NCBI GenBank assembly: GCA_052327205.1
Contig: CM126224.1
Span: 18,352,001-18,416,000 of the forward strand
Length of the DNA: 64,000 nt
Source of the DNA: Somniosus microcephalus
Lineage: Eukaryota
Direction: 5' to 3'
The notes under the pieces were generated by a model that searched no databases, was not told where the DNA came from, and was given only the letters and a program-made list of their open reading frames with translations. Positions 1 through 11,397 of the stretch are shown here, piece after piece; position 1 is the stretch's first letter, and each line of letters begins with the position of its first letter. The position numbers and the translations under genes are program-made.

Positions 1-376
1 GGCACTCCTCTCCCCGGGGGCTGGGACACTCCTCTCTCCGGGGGCTGGGACACTCCTCTCTCCGGGGGCTGGGACACTCCTCTCTCCGGGGGCTGGGACA
101 CTCCTCTCCCCGGGGGCTGGGACACTCCTCTCCCCGGGGGCTGGGACACTCCTCTCCCCGGGGGCTGGGACACTCCTCTCCCCAGGGGCTGGGACACTCC
201 TCTCCCCGGGGGCTGGGACATTCCTCTCCCCGGGGGCTGGGACACTCCTCTCCCCGGGGGCTGGGACACTCCGCTCCCCGGGGGCTGGGACACTCCTCTC
301 TCCGGGGGCTGGGACACCCCTCTCCCCGGGGGCTGGGACACTCCTCTCTCCGGGGGCTGGGACACTCCTCTCTCCG
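1..376. repeat. 24-bp GC-rich minisatellite (CTGGGACACTCCTCTCYCCGGGGG)n, about 15 copies, probably continuing beyond the window start
   Basis: Directly visible tandem units with 24-nt period. Confidence 0.97.
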
Positions 377-525
377 GAAGACACCTGCTCAACAGCCTGG
401 CCCAGGAAGATCAGCGGCTGTTTTGAATCGGTAGATCGGTTTGAAAGACATTGCCTGGACACGCAAGTTTTAAAAATTCGTTCAATTTTCAAAATTTCAC
501 TGAGTTAAAGACTCTTCCCTGTCGT

Positions 526-777
526 GCCGTGAAATCACTGAATCGTACAGCACAGAGGGAGGCTATTCGGCCCATCGTGCCTGTGCCGGCTCTTTGAGAG
601 ATTTATCCAATTAGTCCCGCTCCCCAAAGCCTGCAAATTGCTCATTTACAAATATTTATCCAATTCCCTTTTGAAAGTTACTGTTGAATCTGCTTCCACC
701 GCCCTTTCCGGTAGTGAATTCCAGATCATAATAAATACCTGTGTAATTTCCCCTCATTCCGCCCCCCACCCCCCCCA
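526..777 (-). mobile_element. CR1 LINE 3'-end fragment, copy 1 of an identical local duplicate
   Basis: The reverse complement carries a CR1 3' tail (GGCACGATGGGCCGAATAGCCTCCCTCTGTGCTGTACGATTC) and the end of ORF2, similar to the fragment at 60668-61108. Confidence 0.85.
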
Positions 778-1155
778 TCTGCCCCTTAAATCTACTGATT
801 CAAACGAAGATATTAAAAATGTCAGCAATGGGGTGGCCGCAGGGGCCGGTTATTGACTCCGGCCCGAGTTGGGACAGGTGCCTGTTTGGCCAGGGGAGTC
901 CCATTTCGGGCAGACTTTGTTCGGGTTAGTTTGGTTTGCTGAGAGTGGGGGGTTCGTGACTCCTCACATCACCGCACGGCATCGACTGCATTCTGAAAAA
1001 GAATCCTGGACTTGTTCTCATTCAGGTAATTTTGCTCTCAGAAACATTAATGATCAATAACACGCGTGTCCTCACACATGTCCTCAGCCGGTTTACTTTT
1101 TTTATAGAAAGAAAAACTAAAGATCCGGTAAGCGGGAAACAACTGATGTTAAACG

Positions 1156-1407
1156 GCCGTGAAATCACTGAATCGTACAGCACAGAGGGAGGCTATTCGG
1201 CCCATCGTGCCTGTGCCGGCTCTTTGAGAGATTTATCCAATTAGTCCCGCTCCCCAAAGCCTGCAAATTGCTCATTTACAAATATTTATCCAATTCCCTT
1301 TTGAAAGTTACTGTTGAATCTGCTTCCACCGCCCTTTCCGGTAGTGAATTCCAGATCATAATAAATACCTGTGTAATTTCCCCTCATTCCGCCCCCCACC
1401 CCCCCCA
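1156..1407 (-). mobile_element. CR1 LINE 3'-end fragment, copy 2
   Basis: 252 bp, apparently identical to 526-777. Confidence 0.85.
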
Positions 1408-2584
1408 GAAATGTTCTGATTAAAAGGGGATTTTAGTTAAAAGCCGATTCTTGACATCGGGGCGAGCGGAGCAAGCGCTAGATTGACAGGTACAGGTTCG
1501 TGCATAGTGACAACCTGGATCTATATCAAAATATTCCGTTTCTGCCAACATTTACAAGTGAAAGGCTGGGTGAAATCGTCCTTTTGAGGCGGGTTCCCGC
1601 TCAGTGCTCGCGGTTCAGCTTGGCAGAAAAGTGAAACAGATAAAACTTGTCCAAACTCAACGGGATGGGGGTGGGGCAGCGACCCAGAGCCGTGGCCTCT
1701 GTCCTGGCCCCCCAGCCTTTGACAGCCGCGGTGTCTTTACTCGGGACCGCCGGGTGAGTTCGTGTAAATGATTAACACACAGTCACAACTTCGGTGCACA
1801 CCTGGTAGATGCGGGGGTGAAAACCCACCCCCAACTGGAGGACTGCAATTACACCGAAACAAACCTTTCAAATAAGAGCAGGCCGCGGAGTCGTGACAGA
1901 GAGGGAGAGAGAGGGAGATAGAGAGAGAGGGAGAGATAGAAAAGGTTGTTTTTGTGATTTGCAGATACAAAAATCCATCACCCCAACACCTTGTAAATTT
2001 ACATACATCGTGTATATATTTATATAGACACAATATATAGAGCTATAAATGTCTACCCACACACAGCATATGCACCAATATAAAAGGTACAGAATCTATA
2101 ATAGAATATTGTGTAAAATAGGAGAAATGAACAAAATATTAGATAGATTTTATACTTATTTGCATACCGTGGATAGACATGTTTAGGGCCTTTGGCTGCA
2201 AACGCGTCTACAGCACTTCACCTCTGAACACATTAGATAAAGGATTGAACAGCTGGCTGTGTGTGTGCGACAATAGCAGGTGCACAGACAGAATGCCAGC
2301 ACCATTTAAGCCAGTTTAGTTTGCAGCTCTCCGCTGAAGGGTCGGGAGCGCGCATCTTGATGTGGGACTCCTGTTTCACCGGCTACGGTCACGCGCAGTG
2401 CCAGTCCCTCTGCCTGGGGAGGACCTCGGCTTTACCGTGAGCTCTAACTGTGCCAACTGATCCTCCAGGAATGCGCACCGAAACAACCAGTTAAACGCAT
2501 CTCTGAACGCGCACTGTCCCAGCCTCCAATCCATGAACGCGCAGGTACCTATTACTGTCTCTCTCTCTCGGTATGCGCGGTCTC

Positions 2585-4165
2585 AGCTCCCTCCCCCTGG
2601 TGAATGTGCCAGCTACCTCCCCTGGTGAATGTGCCAGGTACCAGCTCCCTCCCCTGGTGAATGTGCCAGGTACCAGCTCCCTCCCCTGGTGAATGTGCCA
2701 GGTACCAGCTCCCTCCCCCTGGTGAATGTGCCAGGAACCAGCTCCCTCCCCCTGGTGAATGTGCCAGGTACCAGCTCCCTCCCCCTGGTGAATGTGCCAG
2801 GTACCAGCTACCTCCCCCCGGTGAATGTGCCAGGTACCAGCTACCTCCCCTGGTGAATGTGCCAGGAACCAGCTCCCTCCCCCTGGTGAATGTGCCAGGA
2901 ACCAGCTCCCTCCCCCTGGTGAATGTGCCAGGAACCAGCTCCCTCCCCCTGGTGAATGTGCCAGGTACCAGCTCCCTCCCCCTGGTGAATGTGCCAGGTA
3001 CCAGCTACCTCCCCCTGGTGAATGTGCCAGCTACCTCCCCTGGTGAATGTGCCAGGTACCAGCTACCTCCCCCTGGTGAATGTGCCAGCTACCTCCCCTG
3101 GTGAATGTGCCAGGTACCAGCTCCCTCCCCCGGTGAATGTGCCAGGTACCAGCTCCCTCACCGGGTGAATGTGCCAGGTACCAGCTACCTCCCCTGGTGA
3201 ATGTGCCAGGTACCGGCTACCTCCCCCTGGTGAATGTGCCAGGTACCGGCTACCTCCCCCTGGTGAATGTGCCAGGTACCGGCTACCTCCCCTGGTGAAT
3301 GTGCCAGGTATCAGTTCCCTCCCCCTGGTGAATGTGCCAGGTACCAGCTCCCTCCACCTGGTGAATGTGCCAGGTATCAGCTCCCTCCCCCTGGTGAATG
3401 TGCCAGGTACCAGCTACCTCCCCTGGTGAATGTGCCAGGTACCGGCTACCTCCCCTGGTGAATGTGCCAGGTATCAGTTCCCTCCCCTGGTGAATGTGCC
3501 AGGTACCAGCTCCCTCCCCCTGGTGAATGTGCCAGGTACCAGCTACCTCCCCTGGTGAATGTGCCAGGTACCAGCTCCCTCCCCCTGGTGAATGTGCCAG
3601 GTACCAGCTCCCTCCCCTGGTGAATGTGCCAGGTATCAGTTCCCTCCCCCTGGTGAATGTGCCAGGTACCAGCTACCTCCCCTGGTGAATGTGCCAGGTA
3701 CCAGCTCCCTCCCCTGGTGAATGTGCCAGGTATCAGTTCCCTCCCCCTGGTGAATGTGCCAGGTATCAGCTCCCTCCCCCTGGTGAATGTGCCAGGTACC
3801 AGCTCCCTCCCCTGGTGAATGTGCCAGGTACTAGTTCCCTCCCCTGGTGAATGTGCCAGGTATCAGCTACCTCCCCTGGTGAATGTGCCAGGTATCAGCT
3901 ACCTCCCCTGGTGAATGTGCCAGGTACCAGTTCCCTCCCCCTGGTGAATGTGCCAGGTACCAGTTCCCTCCCCCTGGTGAATGTGCCAGGTACCAGTTCC
4001 CTCCCCCTGGTGAATGTGCCAGGTACCAGCTACCTCCCCTGGTGAATGTGCCAGGTACCAGCTACCTCCCCTGGTGAATGTGCCAGGTACCAGCTACCTC
4101 CCCTGGTGAATGTGCCAGGTATCAGCTCCCTCCCCCTGGTGAATGTGCCAGGCACCAGCTACCTC
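2585..4165. repeat. 33/32-bp minisatellite (GGTGAATGTGCCAGGTACCAGCTMCCTCCCC[C]T)n, about 48 copies
   Basis: Directly visible tandem units. Variants differ in C-run length, TAC/TCC/TTC and GTAC/GAAC/GTAT, and a few units lack GTACCAG. Confidence 0.97.
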
Positions 4166-4194
4166 TGGGAGTGGAGGCGACAATTTAATGGGAA

Positions 4195-4490
4195 GTTTTG
4201 AAAAGAAATAGAAACAAAAATTGTCCTGGTTGGGGAAAGACAGAAGAGGAAAAAGAGATTAGCCGGGTAGAGAGAGGGCAAGAGAAATAAAAAAAGAGAT
4301 AGAAGCAGATACAGATTTTTTTTTAGAAGATTGTATCTTCCTGATATAGAATGAGAAAAGAAAGTCTTACAGATAGAGAGATCGAAACACAGATAAAAAA
4401 GACAGTAAGACAGAGTCAGGCATACAGACACACACAGAAACAGAGAGGGCGATACAAGGACCAAGATGGTAATAAACAGAGACAAGTTTT
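4195..4490. repeat. Purine-rich (GA/AG) low-complexity tract
   Basis: Strongly A/G-biased sequence directly after the minisatellite. Confidence 0.6.
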
Positions 4491-5779
4491 AAGGGAAGCA
4501 ATAAAGGACATGCTCTGAGATCAAGGCTGACATTAACATGGATTGTAAACCTTAGACCAGCCCATAATGTGATCCTGTTCCTGTGGCCTGCGATTTACTC
4601 ACCAGAGTGACGTGCTTGAGAACGAAATACACGATTGTGTCTTTAATTAGTGAAAAGTAATAATAGGAATAAAACAGTAAACACGTCAGAGCGCCGGGAA
4701 CGCGGCGTGAACATCGACATTTCAGGTCCGGTGTACCTGAGTCACTTGTAGTTGCATCAAGCAGTGAGTGAAGGGCCGGAGCAGCCAGGACGCCCCAATC
4801 TCAGGGAGCCGCTCATCCCCGGAGCCCGGAGCCCAGAAACAGGCAACACCGCCCGAGATCCCGAATCACTCCCGATTATTAACACGGGTCAGGTGCACTC
4901 CGTCTCCCAACAGATTTTAATTGGACATAGTCCTGCCCTCACTCCTGGTCTTCGCCAAATGTAACACTTTACACGCCGCACAGGATACTTAGCATCGTGA
5001 ATAATTTAACATTATGAAATAGTTGTATCTGTTATTAATGTAGTTTGAAATGCGTGAAATGTAGCCATCATGCACATTCTCGTGATTTCACCTCTTGTTT
5101 AATTTTTTAACACTTCTGACTGTTTAAAATGTCAATGGTTTGATCCCAGAAGAAAGGGATCGACTCCAAACGCTTCCGGTTACAGTTTAACTGCAAAGGT
5201 TTTTTTTTAAAAACTCGAGCTGAACATCTTTGTGTCTCTGGTCATTCCCATCGACAATACTTTGGCCATTGCCGTTTCATTTTGTTGTTTTAAATAAAAT
5301 TAAGTTGAGGAACAACTTCTGCTCAATGTGGAACTGATAATTACACTGGGAACGGCATAAAGTCGGTTTAAACTCTTCCAAGTTATCCGATCTCCGAACT
5401 CGACCGAAATAACTGTTCGGACAGCCCAGGAAAAGCAGCAACTACCGGGAGAGATCGGCCTTTAGCATCAGATTATTCACCAGAATCCCGGCTAGTATCA
5501 ACAGCGACCGTCAGAGACAATCAGGGTTCGTGTTTGGCCCCTAAACACAGCAACAAATCATTAAAAAAAAGTCGCCGGACTCCCAATGCACGGACACTGC
5601 CTCTAGAATCGGTGCATCTTGCACTCGGCAACTTTACTCAGACTCCCCCACCCCCCACCCCCATCCTTTCCGCAGATCTGCCGTAGACTAAAGCAGAAAA
5701 TAGGAAAGGTTCTGCCTGTCGATCCAAAGCCTCTCTGCCCCCCACCCACAGATCCAGAATTGCTGTAATCTGAACCAAG

Positions 5780-6281
5780 TGCGGGAGTTGCCGGCGAAGA
5801 GCCGGTTCTGGGCGTCACTCGCTCCTTTGATGGAGCCGAGAAGAGGGTCGGGTTTGCAGTCACCAGTGATGTCAGGGAGACAAGCCCCAATCAGAGCGGC
5901 TTTGCCTCAGACACGTGTTAGAGACACGTTGAAAAAAAGAGGAAAAAAAAAGACCCTGGTAAAGTGACAGAAGTTCATTTTAGTCCAAAAGTATCACCGG
6001 GAGCGAGAAATCTGGGCTGCGGAGAGCGGCCGTGCGAGGAGGCGGTCTGCCCTTGTCCGAGGTGCTGAAACTTGCCTCATCCTCCATTCGCTCTCTCTCA
6101 GCCAGACCATCGCCAAGTTGCCAGCCACAGACAGCTCCAGATTTGAACCAACTTTCTTTTTGGAAATTTCAGCCAAGGGTTTAATTGCTCCGGATCATTA
6201 TTTGGAAAGTTCAAGGATTTCGCCACCAACTTCAGTCAAAGTTTGTGTCCAAGTTCCAAATGACCATTTAAAGTGCGAGCT
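5780..6281 (+). promoter_or_regulatory. barhl1 proximal promoter / 5' leader (CpG-rich; CCAAT box near 5887; E-box CACGTG near 5912)
   Basis: CpG-rich sequence immediately 5' of the start codon, containing ccccaatcag and gacacgtgtt. The exact TSS cannot be determined. Confidence 0.55.
6049..6069 (-). promoter_or_regulatory. RE1/NRSE (REST-binding) element upstream of the barhl1 ATG
   Basis: Reverse complement TTCAGCACCTCGGACAAGGGC versus RE1 consensus TTCAGCACCACGGACAGCGCC: perfect left half and GGACA core. Confidence 0.7.
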
Positions 6282-6732
6282 ATGGAAGGCGCCAACGGCT
6301 CCAGCTTTGGGATTGACTCGATTTTATCTCACCGGCCAGTCAGCCCCGTCCTGGCCAAAGGCGAGCCGTTGATGGGCGACTGCCGGTCTCCCCCGGAGAT
6401 GAAAGCCGGGCTCAGCCCGGGGTCGGATGTGGGCAGCGAGCAGAGCTCGCCTTCCTCGCCCGGGCTGGAGTGCGGCGATGCGGCGCCGCAGCTGGCGGGC
6501 GGGATGGAGTCACAGCCACACCCGGGGCAGCTGTGCGCCGCTCCCCAGCCCAGGACTGCTACCTCCTCCTTCCTCATCAGAGACATTCTGGGCGACTGCA
6601 AACCCTTGGCGGCCTGCGCCCCGTACTCGAGCAGCGGCCAGGGTGCCCAAGACACGGCGCACAAACACGGGGAAGAATTCCGAGACAAACTGGACAAAAG
6701 GGAGAACTCGTCCTCAGACACGGAATATAAAG
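6282..6732 (+). CDS. barhl1: BarH-like homeobox 1, coding exon 1 (150 codons + 1 nt)
   Basis: ATG at 6282 begins MEGANGSSFGIDSILSHRPVSPVLAKGEPLMGDCRSP...TATSSFLIRDILGDCKPLAACAPYSSSGQ...SSDTEYK, matching the vertebrate BARHL1 N-terminus with two FIL/eh1 motifs. Donor AAAG|gtaagg at 6733, phase 1. Confidence 0.97.
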
Positions 6733-9700
6733 GTAAGGAGGGAACTGGATCAAACTGAGAAAATGACCAATAATACAAGTTCAGGGGGAAGGAGATGACG
6801 CCAGTGATTTTCAGAATTATACACTGGGAATCTGAAAATCCTCATTTTGGGAGAACTGATCTTAAAAGGCCGTATTATGGGGAACTTCTCAATATAACCA
6901 TTGTTTATTCCTTTACAATCTAAAACTACCGCGTGTTGGAGGGTTGCAGGTTGTATTTGTAGAATATCTGTATTTGTGTGCGTTTGTTTCTCCCCTCTCT
7001 GGTCGGGCAGTGTCGTTCCGTGCTTAATACACCGAATTAATTTTTAAAAAAACAGGGTAGCACTTGAATTATTTCCGTCGCTTTTTGGAACAAAGGTAAC
7101 ACCGAGACACCGTCTGTCAAACTGCAGCAGTGTCGGGTTTGGTACCTTTGAGGCGAGAGGCTCTCGCCTCCTTTCCACCGCTGACATCTCACTTTCGGGT
7201 CAAACTCGCCAATTCCGAAGTCAAATTCGCCGATGATCAGTGCACTACACCCGAGAATGGACACCGTGGGGGAAAGAGTTTACAGCACTAAACTTCAAAC
7301 CCGAAAAGTATATGACAAAAGATCGCAGCGGTTAGAAATATATTTATCATTAAAATACAACGATGCAGGAAAATAGTTGACTGTATCTCCCCAACTCTGC
7401 TCTTGTCCCCAAATGGTGCAGGACTGCACTTTCTGGGGGAATGGAGGCGGAATCTCCCAGATAATATTTCTCAAAGGACTTTAATTACAGAAACTGGTCA
7501 CTAAATATAAATTGTTACTTTTACGAAGCAGCATTTAAAATATAATTTAGCCCGTTAGGCCGTTATTTTTTTTTTTACAATCAAGAGCAAAGCGCCGGAT
7601 TGTGTCAAATGTGTCAGATTTGGATAGAGAGATACTCAGAGCTGTGAGCTGGCATTTTGGTGCAGATTTCTAACCAGGCGCTTGGACTTCAGATTTGTGC
7701 TGAATTGTAACAATAACGTTGCCAATTTTCCCCAGTTGATTTGGACTAAATCAAATGTCGATTGGAGAAACTTGTGTCAAAAGAAATTAGATTTCACCGA
7801 AGGTGATGTTATTTTGTGATTCGGGGTAGCGACAATGTGAGTTACAGACTGAAGGAAAACCCAGCACCCAAAAAGTTATTTAAAACACTTCACATTGAAC
7901 ATAAAGATATATTAAAAAATTTAAACAGCTCCAACTGTTTTGCTGGTATTAACTTGTTCGGGTGAAAACCAATACCTCCCATATTGGAATCTTTTCGGTT
8001 GAAGGCGAGTAGCTGTGATCACCAGTAATAACTGGAAAAAAGTATCAGTAAATGGGAATAAAGTCAGAAAGCATACTGTAAACACACCGGCTCAGGGAGG
8101 TGGGTAACATGTCAGGGCGTGAGTACAGCACCAGGCAGCCTCGACTCAACCTATTATTCGTAAAATAATTCTGAATTTACTACAAACCCGTCACCAAGAA
8201 GTAAAAATGGGTTTGTGTGGGAGGGAGGGAAGGGGGATTACGGAGGGGGAGTTAAGAAAGTTTTCATAGCAAACTTTTTTTTAAATATGACAAGATTCAG
8301 AGTCGCATCTGCTCGCGCGGCGCCCAAGACTTTAAACAGCATCAGAAGCGTTCAATCAGCTGAAGGGACATGAATAAATAAACGTCATTTTGAAACGATA
8401 ACCTGTCAAAGTTAGTGCAACTTAACATAAATCAAGAGGAACAAAATAGACCAGTAAGTTATACTGGGCCGGCGCTCATTTAAAGCGCCAGAAACGGAGC
8501 TCTGACGGGCCTCATATATTTCATGGGGGGAGGAGGGAACGCTAAACTTACCAACGTTTATCTCAATAACGGAGCAAAATTCAGAGATTCCCAGGAAACT
8601 CCGAGTCAATTTCTGTAGCCGCAGATTGAGTTAGTTACTGTCCGATTTTCAAACACAAACCGATTTTCTAACAGCTCATTTCGTCCCTGCTGCAATCGAA
8701 ACTTTGATTTAAGTTTCTTGTCAATTTCTATTTTTACAAGGTGCAAATTCGAAAATTAAACACCTTGAAACGGGAATATTCCAAATATAATTATTTAGAC
8801 TAAACCTTTAAATCTTCGGTTGGGTTTCAAAAGTATTTTTCCTCATTCTGTATTTTGGAGTGAAGTGTTTCAAAAAACTGATAAAGTCTGTTAATAATCC
8901 AAGTATTTCGGAGCCCCTGAAAGGGATTTTTTGGCGTCTTAAATAAAGTTAACCGGCAGAGTGGGTTAACATGCTTCATAATAAAAGAACCGTTTTCAGT
9001 GCTCGCTTCCGGGTGACATGGGTTGTTATACAATCTCTCTCCATTTTCACTGGAGCCAGAGCGATTGATATAATCCCCACAATATTCAGATACTGTATCT
9101 TGGAACTGATGAGTTGCACAAACCCCCGTTGTGTATATATTTTTTTAATGTTAAATTAATTTAATAAAAGCAGACCAGAACTTTCTGCAGTGAATTTCAG
9201 TCAATTAATTACACAGGTCAGAAAGATTTTGGTCTCTGAATGTTTGCAGGTTCACAGACAATAAAAGGCGTGTTATTTCCCGGTAATTACATGGCTAGCT
9301 ATACAGTGCAGCCCAGTAATCATAGTCGCTAAACCAGAACAGTGCAATGAATGCAGTAAATGGGATGATATTTGTCTCTGGGTTCAGACTGGTACAACGA
9401 GCATTCGGCGAAATGCAGCGTGTGTCACTGGAAGTTTGAGGGAGGGGCGGCGCTCCTTAAACCTGGGTTTGGGGCCGAGCCGATTTCGAATTGGTATAAT
9501 TGTGGGAGCCGCTCCCTCGCACATTAAGCCGATTGAGAACAAATTGAATGATTATCACAGCCACAGCGGCGAAGAGAAAGAAAGGACCCTTTCTCAGTGA
9601 TTTCGCCTCTCTTGGTGACTCTGGAAAATGATGGGTTCGTTCTGTGAATTATCACTAAAAAGGAGGACAGTTTGAGCTAGATTCGTGGAGCCGCGTTCTG

Positions 9701-11088
9701 GACACTGACGATTCTGTTGACCCTGAGTGTGTACAACATTGGCCTTGTTTATGTTGTATCGGCGTGGACAGTTAGCGCAGGTAATGCATTCTTTAGTGTC
9801 CCTGTCTGTATTACAGGATCAAGTTTAAATGGAGAGATGTTACTCGGTGGGAGATGAAGGGACAGACACAATAGCTACAGTCGCTTTGGTTGGAAAGTAC
9901 AATTGGGCTTTAGGTGGAATATTTTGTGCATGGAACACCGCACTGAAGTGGTCACTCAGCCTCCCTGTTCGGGGTTCGCTTTAATTTTTGGAATAATCCT
10001 ATGATCGGTTTTATTTTTGAAGTATTCTGGCACTGATCGGCTTTGTTCACTTCCGAAGGGTTTAATTTGTAAAACACGAGTTAAATCGTGGCGTCCTGTG
10101 CAGGATATTCCCGGTCTCTACACCCAATTGACGCAGTCGGCTTCAAGGAATCGGTGTCATTTGCAAAATTAATCCTGTGATCAGGATTTTGAAGGAGAGT
10201 TCGATGATTGGGTCTGTAATCGGCCGAGTTGCCGCCTCAGACAAGCTCAGGCCAGGTTCCCCCGTGACTCAATTAAAGGGATTGTTTCCTTCCTGGCCAG
10301 ATCCGAGTTACCCAGTCTCCTTTCTACCCTCTCGTCCCTTCTCCAACCCACTCGGTACACGCAGACAAAGAACTGCTGTACTCTGCCCTTATTTCATACC
10401 TGCGAGCACAGCAGGAGTCCAGCTTTTAAATGGAACAAAATAGCGTCCAGGACAGGCACTCGCTGTCTGAGCGGCCGCTTGCGGCCTTGTGAACTCAAAC
10501 ACCTCTTTAATTAATGTGTCATTTCATAACAGCAGACAGAAAATGATTTCCGTAAGGAGGTTCCCAGCTACCAGAGATAGACTGAGACCCACACACACAC
10601 CCACAGAGAGAGAGAGAGACAGGGCGCTGGCCGTGTGTAGATCCAGTAATTACAAAGCAGAATGAAAGAGAATCAAACCTCATTTGTTCGGCTTTGGGGG
10701 GGGGGGGGTATAAACGAGCTGCCCGTCTTGTTGTAAAAGTGTTTAAAATGTTAACCAGGCTCCCTGCTGTAATTCCAGAGCGAAACCCCAAGGCCCTGCA
10801 CTTTGAATGCAAAATAGTCAAAAATATCCGAGCAGTCTTTAAGGAAACAGGCGGACATTCCTGGGGCTTTTAACCGATATTTATTGGTATTCATGATAAT
10901 GATCAGGATTTAGCGACATGAACGCGGTGCGTGCATTGTGTATCTGCGAGAAATGTGCACCTGAACAAACTCCCAGAGGACAACCAATAGTTTATTCAAG
11001 TTTCCCGGCCGCCAAGTGGGAGCTTGCTAAAAAAAAAAATGTGAAGCCCTCTCCTTGGATAGGGGTAGCTGGCATTCTGCAGTGTTAG

Positions 11089-11397
<309 letters not shown>

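Noticed and set aside
2629-4077. Pro/Cys-rich ORFs (PPPGECARYQL / LVNVPGTSS)
   Set aside because: Translations of the 33/32-bp minisatellite with constant frameshifts; no gene structure.
2585-4165. CRISPR-like array (repeat length 29-33 bp, also at 55756-57046)
   Set aside because: Units are directly adjacent with no unique spacers, there are no cas genes, and the context is vertebrate.
377-5700. Exons of the expected upstream neighbour (cfap77 in other vertebrates)
   Set aside because: No exon with a recognisable translation and splice sites was found.
6273-6281. GTG start proposed by the ORF track
   Set aside because: The prokaryotic-style start is not applicable; the conserved Met is the ATG at 6282.
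6118-6798. Overlapping alternative-frame and antisense ORFs over exon 1 (likewise 16735-17272 over exon 3)
   Set aside because: Expected by-products of GC-rich coding sequence; no recognisable homology.
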